Shown piece by piece: positions 38,347-47,375 of a stretch of 64,000 nt of DNA (within the stretch, counting starts at the first letter, position 1; each line of letters starts with the position of its first letter). Under the pieces are notes generated by a model. It saw nothing but the letters and a program-made list of their open reading frames with translations, was not told the origin of the DNA and did not search any database. Source of the stretch: Candidatus Yonathbacteria bacterium (GTDB lineage: Bacteria > Patescibacteriota > Minisyncoccia > Phycocordibacterales > JACNGX01); contig JAAXWR010000001.1 of assembly GCA_013334825.1 (NCBI GenBank), forward strand, positions 75,769 through 139,768, given 5' to 3'. Position numbers and translations under genes: made by a program.

Positions 38347-38805
38347 ATGCTCGGATATATTATTTCCATTCTCATTGCACAACTTGCAGGTCTTGTTGGC
38401 TCAATATTTACTATGCCCGCTATTACGACGTGGTATGCTGAACTTGCGAAACCTTCATTCACTCCACCATCGTACGTGTTTGGCCCCGCGTGGGCGATGC
38501 TCTATACACTCATGGGACTTGCGGCATATCGTATATGGGAAAAGCGTTCCACGTCGGGAGCCCGTCGCGCACTGGTATTGTATGGCACACAACTTGTGCT
38601 TAATGCATTGTGGTCCTATGCGTTTTTCGGCTTGCATAATCCATTGGCAGGTGTTGGTGTCATTGTTCTCTTGTGGATTGCTGTGTTTATGACGATGATA
38701 TTCTTTTATCGCGTTGATAAAACCGCTGGTTGGCTGTTGGTACCGTATGTGGTGTGGATATCATTTGCAGGAGCACTTAACTATGCCGTGTGGATGCTGA
38801 ACTAA
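38347..38805 (+). CDS. tspO: TspO/MBR family tryptophan-rich sensory protein
   Basis: WYAELAKPSFTPPSYVFGPAWAMLYTLMGLAAY...; five TM helices. Confidence 0.85.
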   Translation: MLGYIISILIAQLAGLVGSIFTMPAITTWYAELAKPSFTPPSYVFGPAWAMLYTLMGLAAYRIWEKRSTSGARRALVLYGTQLVLNALWSYAFFGLHNPLAGVGVIVLLWIAVFMTMIFFYRVDKTAGWLLVPYVVWISFAGALNYAVWMLN

Positions 38806-38975
38806 CGCGGAAACATGCGGAACAAACGCAGAACATCGCGGAAAAAAATGAAGAATGAAGACCACATGTTGGAAGACCTATAAACAAAATGAAAGTTTGT
38901 GATATGTTACGAATGTCTTTTGATTATTGTGATTTGTTTTGGGTTTGATGCTTGTAATTTGGTTTTTATATTTAC

Positions 38976-39437
38976 TTGCTCATACCCTCATGTTTCCCGT
39001 ATACTGGTGATATTAGCATTAACTTCTCACATACACCTATGAATGGTTACGTTGCAAATATTGAACAATTAACAAAAGAAAATGAAAATTTTCGCACTGT
39101 TTTATATACGGCTCCAAATAGTCAACTTGTCGTAATGTCGCTTCTCCCTGGGGAAGACATTGGTGAAGAGGTACATGAACTTGATCAATTTATTCGTATT
39201 GAAGAAGGGAAGGGGAAAGCAGTCTTGAATGATATTGAATACGATATTGAAGATGATTTCGCGATTGTTATTCCTGCGGGGACAAAGCACAATATCATCA
39301 ATGGTGGAGATGGAACGATGAAGCTTTATACGGTATATAGTCCAGCAGAACACAAAGACGGCACGATTCATATCACGAAAGAGGATGCAATGGAAAACGA
39401 AGAACATTTTGATGGTGTGACGACGGAGAGTGAGTAA
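38976..39437 (+). CDS. cupin-domain protein
   Basis: LPGEDIGEEVHELDQFIRIEEGKGK...AIVIPAGTKHNIIN (cupin_2 motifs). Confidence 0.65.
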   Translation: MLIPSCFPYTGDISINFSHTPMNGYVANIEQLTKENENFRTVLYTAPNSQLVVMSLLPGEDIGEEVHELDQFIRIEEGKGKAVLNDIEYDIEDDFAIVIPAGTKHNIINGGDGTMKLYTVYSPAEHKDGTIHITKEDAMENEEHFDGVTTESE

Positions 39438-39916
39438 GTCGTTATTCGTACTATAAAAAATTCAAACAAAAAACGTGGAGCAATGCTTCACGTTTTTTGT
39501 TTGACTTTGTTTGTATCACAGTGTATATATGGATAGAGAGTTTTGCTTTAATAATAAAAAAAGGGGGGGTCGTGAAATACGAATCTCTTTCGCTCTTGTT
39601 TCTTGTACTTCTTGTTACTCCCGGAGCATTCGCGCTTCTTGCGAGTATTCTTTCGGGATACCATGCGCGTATGTTCTGGCACGTGGTGATGAAAAAATCA
39701 TCCCTCTTGGGAGAGATGATGATTCCTCGGATGGGGAGGTGATATGGGAGAATTAGTATTGTTTACGTCTCTCTTCCTCATCGCATATGTTCCCCGTATT
39801 ATTGGAGAACAGGTAGTGTGTGTATGCATCCGCCCGTGAGGCGGATTTTTGTGATATAAAAAATATTTTTGGATGATGCTGTCTTGGAAATATCCGTATG
39901 ATATACTGTATGTATT

Positions 39917-40699
39917 ATGGACATTGAACATCTTACCAAAACACAAATTGTATTACTCGTTCTTCTTGTAAGTTTTGTAACTTCAATGGCGACAGGGATT
40001 GTAACTGTTTCGCTTATGGACCAAGCGCCACAAGGAATGACGTATACTATCAATCGTATTATTGAACAAAGTGCTGAAGCGGTGACGGGTATGGTTACTG
40101 AAGAAGTAAAAGAAGCAGATCAGACACAAACAATATCGGGGACAAAAACCGTTGCTGATGTTGTTGCCGAAGCGAGTCCGTCTCTCGTGCGTGTGTATAC
40201 TCCAGTGGTGGAAGGGGGTGAAGAGTATGCTGGACTTGGTGTTGTTGCCTTTGACATACAAACAGTTGTCACGACTGTGCCTGGTATTGTGTCTGACACC
40301 GTTTATAGTGTCCATCTCTCTGATGGTAGTCGGGCGTCTGCTACAGTACGTCTTACCGATAGTGTCTCTGGTATTTCTATCCTCACACTTTCTCTCCCAG
40401 AGGGAGGGGTACCCCCTTCGGCGATTCGTCTCACGACAGAGACAAATCTTCGTTTAGGACAAGCACTTATGTTACTTGGGGGAAGGGATAGTGTCGAGCT
40501 TGTTACTGGGCTTCTGACAGCGATTCCTGAAGAGGGACTTCTTGGTACCAACATAACCGCAGGGACACGTTTTGTGGGAGGTCCTGCCGTAACGTCCTCA
40601 GGATCTTGTGCGGGCATCATCTCTGTTCTAGAGGGTGTTGTCTCTGTAGTGCCGTTTAGTCATATCAGTGCTCTGCTTGAAACATCTGCCGCAGAGTAA
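39917..40699 (+). CDS. membrane-anchored hypothetical protein, possible degenerate trypsin-like fold
   Basis: N-terminal TM; C-terminal ...FVGGPAVTSSGSCAGIISVLEGV is reminiscent of, but lacks, the GNSGG serine-protease motif. Confidence 0.4.
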   Translation: MDIEHLTKTQIVLLVLLVSFVTSMATGIVTVSLMDQAPQGMTYTINRIIEQSAEAVTGMVTEEVKEADQTQTISGTKTVADVVAEASPSLVRVYTPVVEGGEEYAGLGVVAFDIQTVVTTVPGIVSDTVYSVHLSDGSRASATVRLTDSVSGISILTLSLPEGGVPPSAIRLTTETNLRLGQALMLLGGRDSVELVTGLLTAIPEEGLLGTNITAGTRFVGGPAVTSSGSCAGIISVLEGVVSVVPFSHISALLETSAAE

Positions 40700-40759
40700 T
40701 CACTGTTTTTATTTGTTTGTATTTGACGTATCTTTAAAATTGTGCTATTTTGAATATCT

Positions 40760-43498
40760 ATGATGCCACCAATGAACAACTTCACAACCAAGGCAAAAGA
40801 AGCCATTCGTCGTGCGCATGAGCTTGCTATTGAGCGTGGACAAAATCATGTTTCCGCGACACATTTATTGACGGCGCTCATGCTTCAGGAGGAATCAATG
40901 GTGATTGCCGCACTTGATCGTCTTGATGTAGACACACTCCTTCTTACGGATTCACTCCTTGAGGCTATTGAGTCTGATGATGGGTCTAATGTGTTGTCGC
41001 CTTCGTATCAAATCTATTTAACACCAGATCTTGCACAAGTCTTGGAGAATTCTGTCCGCATCGCACAATCTCTCAAAGATGAATTTGTTTCAACAGAACA
41101 TCTCTTTCTTGCTATTCTTGATGTGCCCGGACAAGCACGTGAAATTGTTGCACGATTCCGTATCGATAAACAGCATGTTTTTCGTATTGTGGAAGAACTC
41201 CGCAATGAAAACATCACTGACGCGACTCCTGCAAAAAAACCGCGTGCGCTTGCCAAATATGCACGCAATCTGACTGCGCTTGCCTCCGAAGACAAGCTCG
41301 ACCCAGTGATTGGACGTGATAATGAAATCCGTCGCATTATGGAAATTCTTTCGCGACGCACCAAGAATAATCCTATTTTGATTGGTGAACCCGGCGTGGG
41401 AAAGACAGCTATCGCCGAAGGACTTGCTGTGCGTATTGCCAAAGGTGACGCACCAGATTCACTCAAAGACAAAGAGATTGTATCACTTGATTTAGGGCTT
41501 CTCATTGCGGGAACAAAGTTTCGTGGTGAATTTGAAGAGCGTTTCAAGAATGTCATGAAAGAAGTAGAACGTTCTGAAGGAAAGGTGATTTTGTTTATTG
41601 ACGAGCTTCACACAATTGTTGGTGCCGGTGGTGCCGAAGGGTCGCTTGATGCATCCAATATGTTAAAGCCCGCTCTTGCACGGGGAGAACTTCGCGCGAT
41701 TGGCGCAACGACGCTCAAGGAATATCAAAAGTATATTGAAAAAGATGCGGCGCTCGCGCGCCGCTTCCAACCCGTCTTTATCGACGAACCATCGGTAGAG
41801 GATGCAGTGGCTATCATGCGCGGACTCAAAGAAAAATACGAACTCTATCATGGTGTGCGTATTACAGATGACGCGATTATCTCGTCCGTAACACTGTCTA
41901 GTCGATATATCACGGGACGCTATTTGCCTGACAAGGCCGTTGATCTCATTGACGAAGCAGCATCATCTATGCGCATCTCACTCGAGAGCATGCCTCCTGC
42001 GCTTGAAGAAACACATCGCGCTGTTATGCGATTGGAAGTAGAAAAAGAAGCACTTAAGAAAGAGGCGGGTTCAAGTGCCAATACCGAGGCGGTACGCAAA
42101 GCCAAAGCGCGTGTGCATGCGATTGAAAAAGAGGTTGCAAACCTGAATGAAAAGACACGCGAACTTGAACTCAAATGGAAAAATGAAAAAGAACTGCTCG
42201 ATGATATTCGTAGCCTTAAAAAGAAATTAGAAACTCTTCGTCTCGATGCGGAGCGTGCTGAAATGCGTGCCGATTTAGGAACTGCGGCTGAAATTTTGTA
42301 TGGTAAGATTCCTGTTATTGATCGCGAACTCAAAGGAAAGACAACACGTCTCAAATCAATGCAGAAAAAGCGTCGCATTCTCAAAGAAGAAATTACCGAA
42401 GAGGAAATCGCGGCAGTCGTCGCACGGTGGACGGGCGTGCCGGTGTCGCGCATGCTTGAAGAAGAAGCCATCAAATTGACACGTATGGAAGAAGAACTGG
42501 GCAAACGTGTGATTGGACAAACCGACGCGGTAAAAAAAGTGTCAGATGCAATCAAGCGTTCGCGCGCGGGTGTTTCTGACCCGAACAAGCCAATTGGTTC
42601 ATTCATGTTTTTGGGTCCGACAGGAGTTGGTAAAACAGAACTCACCAAAGCACTTGCGGCATTTATGTTTGATGACGACAAGGCGCTTATTCGCGTGGAC
42701 ATGTCTGAATATATGGAACGACACTCAACAGCAAAGCTTGTGGGTGCTCCTCCGGGTTATGTAGGGTATGAAGAATCGGGGCAATTAACTGAAGCGGTGC
42801 GTCATCGTCCGTATTCCGTGGTACTCTTTGATGAAGTTGAGAAAGCGCATCCGGAAGTCTTTAATATATTGCTCCAAGTGCTTGACGAAGGAATGCTTAC
42901 AGATGCAAAGGGTCGCCGTATTAATTTTCGCAATACGGTCGTTATTCTGACATCGAATATTGGGTCGGAACATATCGACAAGATGCAGACCATTGGATTT
43001 TCAAACGGTGATGACACGACAGCGTATGCGGATGCGAAAGAGCGCGTGACCGCCACCCTTCGTGACCATTTCCGCCCTGAATTTTTGAATCGTCTCGACG
43101 AGATTGTTATCTTTGATATTTTGTCACCAGAGACAATCCGGGGCATCGTGGATGTGCAACTCGATATTGTAGGGAAACGTCTCGTGGAAAAGAATATCAC
43201 GTTTTCAGTGTCTGATAGTGCGCGAGATTATCTTGCCAAAGAGGGGTACGACCCGAAGTATGGCGCGCGTCCACTTAAACGTCTCATTCAAACCGCCATC
43301 TTAAATCCTGTGGCGAGCGCCATCATTGCGCATGGTTCAACTGAAGGAGGAACAGTATCTGTGGATATGAAAAATGGAGAACTTTCTGTGATTGCGGAAG
43401 GGAAGGGGAAGAAAAAAAGAAAGAATCAAGAAGAAAGAATCAAGAAGACCGGGATGAAGGAAAAGAAGGTAGCGGAAACGACACATATTAAACTGTAA
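40760..43498 (+). CDS. clpB: ATP-dependent chaperone ClpB with a Lys-rich C-terminal extension
   Basis: Clp N-domain, two AAA+ modules ([15 protein letters not shown]; [15 protein letters not shown]), long coiled-coil M-domain, sensor-2 GARPLKR. Confidence 0.92.
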   Translation: MMPPMNNFTTKAKEAIRRAHELAIERGQNHVSATHLLTALMLQEESMVIAALDRLDVDTLLLTDSLLEAIESDDGSNVLSPSYQIYLTPDLAQVLENSVRIAQSLKDEFVSTEHLFLAILDVPGQAREIVARFRIDKQHVFRIVEELRNENITDATPAKKPRALAKYARNLTALASEDKLDPVIGRDNEIRRIMEILSRRTKNNPILIGEPGVGKTAIAEGLAVRIAKGDAPDSLKDKEIVSLDLGLLIAGTKFRGEFEERFKNVMKEVERSEGKVILFIDELHTIVGAGGAEGSLDASNMLKPALARGELRAIGATTLKEYQKYIEKDAALARRFQPVFIDEPSVEDAVAIMRGLKEKYELYHGVRITDDAIISSVTLSSRYITGRYLPDKAVDLIDEAASSMRISLESMPPALEETHRAVMRLEVEKEALKKEAGSSANTEAVRKAKARVHAIEKEVANLNEKTRELELKWKNEKELLDDIRSLKKKLETLRLDAERAEMRADLGTAAEILYGKIPVIDRELKGKTTRLKSMQKKRRILKEEITEEEIAAVVARWTGVPVSRMLEEEAIKLTRMEEELGKRVIGQTDAVKKVSDAIKRSRAGVSDPNKPIGSFMFLGPTGVGKTELTKALAAFMFDDDKALIRVDMSEYMERHSTAKLVGAPPGYVGYEESGQLTEAVRHRPYSVVLFDEVEKAHPEVFNILLQVLDEGMLTDAKGRRINFRNTVVILTSNIGSEHIDKMQTIGFSNGDDTTAYADAKERVTATLRDHFRPEFLNRLDEIVIFDILSPETIRGIVDVQLDIVGKRLVEKNITFSVSDSARDYLAKEGYDPKYGARPLKRLIQTAILNPVASAIIAHGSTEGGTVSVDMKNGELSVIAEGKGKKKRKNQEERIKKTGMKEKKVAETTHIKL

Positions 43499-43520
43499 AC
43501 AATATAGTAAACAATACCAA

Positions 43521-43550
43521 AAACAGCGGGCATACGCCCGCTGTTTTTAT
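43521..43550 (+). terminator. Rho-independent terminator after clpB (AAACAGCGGG-CATA-CGCCCGCTGTTTTT)
   Basis: Perfect hairpin with T-run. Confidence 0.8.
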
Positions 43551-43551
43551 T

Positions 43552-43742
43552 TGTGCGCCGGATTGGAATCTCACTGCTCTCGAACACAACTCTTACTGCT
43601 GCAAGAGTTGTGTTCGATGCGCTCGCGAAACCCACGGTTTCGCGGTCATCCTCCACAGGGGCGTTCTGCCGCCCCCGACCCCCTGCAGATTCGAATCCAA
43701 CCAGGCGCACGAAAAAAATCCCCATGTGGGGATTTTTCCTTG
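43552..43742. other. structured ~190-nt element: direct copy of the tRNA-Tyr 3' end (43552-43567), internal perfect hairpins, inverted copy of the tRNA-Tyr 3' end (43697-43722), then a bidirectional terminator AAAATCCCCA-TG-TGGGGATTTT
   Basis: Direct reading of inverted and direct repeats; long-range ~20-bp stem possible between 43552-43567 and 43705-43722. Confidence 0.6.
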
Positions 43743-43826
43743 TGCGCCGGGTTGGATTCGAACCAACGTAGGCATAAAGCCGACAGATTTACAGTCTGTT
43801 GCGATTGACCACTCCGCCACCGACGC
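43743..43826 (-). tRNA. tRNA-Tyr (anticodon GUA), long variable arm
   Basis: RC: GCGTCGG-TG-GCGGAGTGGTCAATCGC-A-ACAGA-CTGTAAA-TCTGT-CGGCTTTATGCCTAC-GTTGGTTCGAATCCAAC-CCGGCGC-A. Confidence 0.85.
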
Positions 43827-43868
43827 AGTAAAAAGTATTGTAGCATATTTAGGTATAATGGAAAGGCA

Positions 43869-43896
43869 TTGACTTGTTGTTTCTTAATGATATAAT
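43869..43896 (+). promoter_or_regulatory. consensus sigma-70-type promoter TTGACT-16nt-TATAAT, followed by a ~105-nt structured leader and an AAGGAGG SD
   Basis: Exact hexamers; leader hairpins CCTGATCCGTTATGGTCAGG and GGCCCCGTGAGGGGC. Confidence 0.6.
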
Positions 43897-44005
43897 AAAA
43901 AAAGAATTCCTGATCCGTTATGGTCAGGTGGCCCCGTGAGGGGCAACGAGGTATGATTTCCTCCCTCATATTTTAAGAAGGAAATAGTAAAAAAAGGAGG
44001 CCGTT

Positions 44006-44344
44006 ATGGCTGACAACACGACCATAGAAAGACAAATCATAGACGGTCCTGGATTGTGGGACCTCGCAATGTCTTTTTTTGAAGGCAAGGAAGTAGTCTT
44101 CAAAATCAAAACAGCAGGCGTGCTGCCCAGAGCTCTTGCCTTTGGGTTTAAGGAGAAAAGTATCATAACTGGCATTCTGCAAGAGGACGGATCGAGAAGA
44201 AGGTTTATCCTTCAGACAATAGATCCTGAACATGGAGGTTCCCATCTTCTCTATTACGATGTGGAACGTAGAACCGGGACTGTCGTCACGGATGACAAGT
44301 ATCTGGGTATCGCCAAGAAGAAAAAGTTCGTCATTCACACATAA
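44006..44344 (+). CDS. hypothetical protein (112 aa) with a canonical Shine-Dalgarno
   Basis: AAAAAAGGAGGccgttATG; terminator downstream. Confidence 0.55.
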   Translation: MADNTTIERQIIDGPGLWDLAMSFFEGKEVVFKIKTAGVLPRALAFGFKEKSIITGILQEDGSRRRFILQTIDPEHGGSHLLYYDVERRTGTVVTDDKYLGIAKKKKFVIHT

Positions 44345-44350
44345 TATCAA

Positions 44351-44380
44351 AGAGGTCGCGGAAGCGACCTCTTTTTGTTA
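44351..44380 (+). terminator. Rho-independent terminator (AAGAGGTCGC-GGAA-GCGACCTCTTTTTG); second GC hairpin at 44402-44430
   Basis: Perfect hairpin with T-run. Confidence 0.8.
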
Positions 44381-44495
44381 TACTAATTGATAGTATTACT
44401 AGACGTCGGGCGGCGAAGCCGCCCGACCCTAACAAGCTATAAGCTAATTTCTATAAACTCATTCCCATCTTCTTAATCTCCTAATCTCCTCACGT

Positions 44496-44936
44496 ATGTC
44501 CATCATTCAAGAATTCAAAGAGTTTGCCGTGAAAGGTAATGCCATTGATATGGCGGTCGGTATTGTTATCGGTTCCGCGTTCGGCACAATCGTAAAATCG
44601 CTTGTGGACGATATCATCATGCCTCCGTTTGGGCTTCTCCTTGGTGGTGTTGATTTTAGTAATCTCTTCGTCAATCTTTCTCAAGGGTCGTACGAATCTC
44701 TTTCTCTTGCCAAAGACGCAGGTGCGGCGACCATCAATTATGGTTTGTTTGTTAATGCGCTTATCTCGTTTATTATCATTGCATGGGCGCTCTTTATGAT
44801 TGTCAAAGCGACAAATAAACTAAAAAAAGCGGAACCTGTTGCTGAAGTTGCTCCGATGACAAAAGAATGCCCGTTTTGTAAGATGTCTATACACAAAGAC
44901 GCGACACGTTGTCCGCATTGTACAGCACAACTGTAA
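44496..44936 (+). CDS. mscL: large-conductance mechanosensitive channel MscL with C-terminal zinc-ribbon extension
   Basis: MSIIQEFKEFAVKGNAIDMAVGIVIGSAFG...IIMPPFGLLLGGVDFSNLF; C-terminus CPFCKMSIHKDATRCPHC. Confidence 0.85.
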   Translation: MSIIQEFKEFAVKGNAIDMAVGIVIGSAFGTIVKSLVDDIIMPPFGLLLGGVDFSNLFVNLSQGSYESLSLAKDAGAATINYGLFVNALISFIIIAWALFMIVKATNKLKKAEPVAEVAPMTKECPFCKMSIHKDATRCPHCTAQL

Positions 44937-45010
44937 TATGTGAAATATACACAACACGCCACACGTTTCTATGCGAACGTGTGGCGTGTGTTATGGTACA
45001 ATAAAAATAA

Positions 45011-45898
45011 ATGAAACAATCTTCGCATCAGACAAAAAAAGAATTTTGGGTGTATGTACGCAAAGCGATACTGTGGCTCATCATTCTTGTGCTACTCGCG
45101 ACACTTGCTGATATTGCGCGTTTTGCTGCGACTGTCGCTGTTCTTCCTACGATAGGAAAAGCTGGGGTTGGATATGACAATCCGTTTTCACAGACTGTTG
45201 TCAGTGCACGCGAACGCATACTGGTGATCGGTGATAGCACCGCGGTTGGTATTGGGGCGTATATTCCCAAAGAGACAATCGCAGGCATGCTCGCGACGGA
45301 TTTTCCTGATGCTGATATTATAAACAAAGCGATATCTGGTTCACGTATTGCAGATGTCCGTTTTCAACTCGATGCGACAGAAGGAGATTTCGATATGATT
45401 TTCATGCAAGCGGGAGCAAATGATGTGGTATTTATGACAGAGCCAGAAGATGTGGAACGTGAGCTATCTGCCTTGATGGACAGTGCGCTTATTCGTTCGT
45501 CTCGTGTTGTGGTGGTTTCGTCGATTGACGCGAGCATTCTCCCTCTCTTACCTAAAATTGCATCACTCTTTCTTGCTGAAAGATCGGCAAACATATTCCC
45601 TGACATTGAGCGTATTGTAACTGCAAAGGGGGGATTTTTTGTAAATTTATATAAAAGTAAAGAAGAAGAAGCGTTTGCCGAAAACGCGGATACACTATTT
45701 TCTGCGGATGGATTTCATCCAAGTAGCGATGGTTATCGTCTCGCGTATGCACGTATCCGAAATGATCTGATTACCGCGGGTGAGGTTACTGAAGAAGACG
45801 GACGATTGTATTTTGTTCCTCATACGGCTGGGGTATTGGGTGAAGAAGCGCAGGAAAAAGAACAATCTACCGCGGTGGAGACATCGCCTGAGATATGA
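45011..45898 (+). CDS. SGNH/GDSL-family hydrolase, N-terminal TM anchor
   Basis: Block I LVIGDSTAVG, block III QAGANDV, block V DGFHPS; TACAAT 8 nt upstream of ATG. Confidence 0.7.
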   Translation: MKQSSHQTKKEFWVYVRKAILWLIILVLLATLADIARFAATVAVLPTIGKAGVGYDNPFSQTVVSARERILVIGDSTAVGIGAYIPKETIAGMLATDFPDADIINKAISGSRIADVRFQLDATEGDFDMIFMQAGANDVVFMTEPEDVERELSALMDSALIRSSRVVVVSSIDASILPLLPKIASLFLAERSANIFPDIERIVTAKGGFFVNLYKSKEEEAFAENADTLFSADGFHPSSDGYRLAYARIRNDLITAGEVTEEDGRLYFVPHTAGVLGEEAQEKEQSTAVETSPEI

Positions 45899-45956
45899 GG
45901 GGACGTATTTTGATGATATCGCGCGGTATATAGTTTTATGATATGCTGTTTTATAC

Positions 45957-46027
45957 GGGAGATTAGTTAAGTGGCATAACGGCGGTCTCCAAAACCGCGG
46001 TCGGGGGTTCGATTCCCTCATCTCCCG
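45957..46027 (+). tRNA. tRNA-Trp (anticodon CCA)
   Basis: GGGAGAT-TA-GTTAAGTGGCATAAC-G-GCGGT-CTCCAAA-ACCGC-GGTCG-GGGGTTCGATTCCCTC-ATCTCCC-G. Confidence 0.85.
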
Positions 46028-46400
46028 CCCTGCACCACGTAGGGTGCAGGGCAGGCCTCGCCATTAACAATGTTTGGCACGAAACGTCATAGGCCTGTCC
46101 TGTGCCATACGTGGTATGCAGGGCGTGCCATGAACCCCACGTGGTTTATGGCCGCCCGAGTTTATGTGTACATTTGTGCGTTTGAAATCTTTTATATAGA
46201 GTTATGTGATAAAGGGATAACCCTGCACCACGTAGGGTGCAGGGCAGGCCTCGCCATTAACAATGTTTGGCACGAAACGTCATAGGCCTGTCCTGTGCCA
46301 TACGTGGTATGCAGGGCGTGCCATGAACCCCACGTGGTTTATGGCCGCCCGAGTTTATGTGTACACTTGTGCGTTTGAAATCTTTTATATAGAGAGAGGT
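46027..46400. repeat. two tandem ~190-nt multi-hairpin repeat units abutting the tRNA-Trp 3' end; third copy at 49474-49660
   Basis: Unit = CCCTGCACCACGTAGGGTGCAGGG ... CAGGCCT..AGGCCTG ... GTGCCATGAACCCCACGTGGTTTATGGC ... GATAAAGGGATAA; near-identical copies by direct reading; ORFs 46070..46285 and the N-terminal part of 46263.. are translations of the repeat. Confidence 0.85.
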
Positions 46401-46403
46401 TAT

Positions 46404-46667
46404 ATGTACTACACGTACGTTTTACAAAGCAAGAAAGATGATAAGTTATACATCGGATTTTCTTCAGATTTGAAGAAAAGATTATGTGAACATAATGATG
46501 GTTTGGTCGTCTCTACCAAACATCGGAGACCGTTTGAGTTGATTTTTTATGAGGCATTTAAACAAAAAGAGGATGCAATGAGAAGGGAAGTATATTTTAA
46601 AACTAATAAAGGGAAGTCTTCTCTCAAACAAATACTTAGAAACTCTTTCTCAGGACTAAAAGAATAA
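46404..46667 (+). CDS. GIY-YIG nuclease-domain protein (87 aa)
   Basis: MYYTYVLQSKKDDKLYIGFSSDLKKRLCEHNDG...RRPFELIFYEAF; GAGAGG SD-like upstream. Confidence 0.75.
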   Translation: MYYTYVLQSKKDDKLYIGFSSDLKKRLCEHNDGLVVSTKHRRPFELIFYEAFKQKEDAMRREVYFKTNKGKSSLKQILRNSFSGLKE

Positions 46668-46689
46668 CAAAAGAAGACCCTCTACACAT

Positions 46690-46745
46690 GCGCAAAACAT
46701 GCTCTAAAAAGCATGTTTTGCGCATGTGTATGTCTTTGCGTCAAG
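46690..46745. terminator. long perfect palindrome (20-bp stem ACACATGCGCAAAACATGCT / AGCATGTTTTGCGCATGTGT)
   Basis: Direct reading. Confidence 0.6.
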
Positions 46746-46804
46746 GGTATGACCAATGATATGCTATGAAGAGTTATTGTAAATTCCAAAAACACTTTTG
46801 AACA

Positions 46805-47347
46805 ATGAATTCATTGCAACAAAAAGAAGTGGTGCATTCTCTTCCTGTTTTCTTGGGTTTATACGCAAAAAAAGATCGACGGGGTAAAAATATATACGGT
46901 GTATATCGTTGCGCATGCGGAAAACTATTTTTTGCAAGGAAAAGTCATGTTGAAAAAGAGGCTTCACTGAGTTGCGGTTGTTATCGAAAGAAAAAAGCGA
47001 CCGTACATGGTATGTCCAATACTGCCGAGTATCGTACGTGGACAGATATGCTTCAACGATGCAAAAATCCAAATAATCCTTTTTTTAAGGATTATGGAGA
47101 AAGAGGTATTTTTGTGGATCCACGGTGGCTCGGAGAACATGGTTTCCAACATTTTTTTGAAGATATGGGAGAACGTCCTGGAAAAGGATATAGTCTGGAG
47201 CGCAATGATAATGATGGTCCGTACGCACCATATAATTGTCGATGGGCAACAGCGTGGGAACAAGCGCAGAATAGACGCCCAGTATCTCAAGGGAATGCTT
47301 CGGTGTTGGAGTACTTAAAAGAGCCAACAGTATACAGTCCATTTTAA
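46805..47347 (+). CDS. phage-type HNH endonuclease (HNH_3/AP2-like)
   Basis: [34 protein letters not shown]...[40 protein letters not shown]. Confidence 0.7.
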   Translation: MNSLQQKEVVHSLPVFLGLYAKKDRRGKNIYGVYRCACGKLFFARKSHVEKEASLSCGCYRKKKATVHGMSNTAEYRTWTDMLQRCKNPNNPFFKDYGERGIFVDPRWLGEHGFQHFFEDMGERPGKGYSLERNDNDGPYAPYNCRWATAWEQAQNRRPVSQGNASVLEYLKEPTVYSPF

Positions 47348-47348
47348 A

Positions 47349-47375
47349 GGAGGGGAGACCCTCCTTTTTGTTATG
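47349..47375. terminator. bidirectional terminator (AAAGGAGGGGAGACCCTCCTTTTTG) between the convergent HNH and pfkB-family genes
   Basis: Hairpin with A-run and T-run on either side. Confidence 0.75.

Noticed and set aside
41014-42702. Minus-strand ORFs 41014..41556 and 41920..42702
   Set aside because: They are antisense to clpB and Ser/Arg/Ala-rich, so they are spurious.
43552-43722. tmRNA-like or permuted tRNA-like ncRNA on the minus strand (7-bp end pairing, GGATTCGAA block)
   Set aside because: The apparent acceptor pairing is explained by direct and inverted copies of the tRNA-Tyr 3' end. The region is only ~170 nt, there is no plausible tag reading frame ending in hydrophobic residues, and there is no proper T-arm.
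46070-46403. ORFs 46070..46285 and the N-terminal 47 codons of 46263..46667 (MFGTKRHRPVLCHTWYAGRAMNPTWFMAARVYVY)
   Set aside because: The identical peptide is encoded twice because it is a translation of the tandem hairpin repeat. The real GIY-YIG start is the ATG at 46404.
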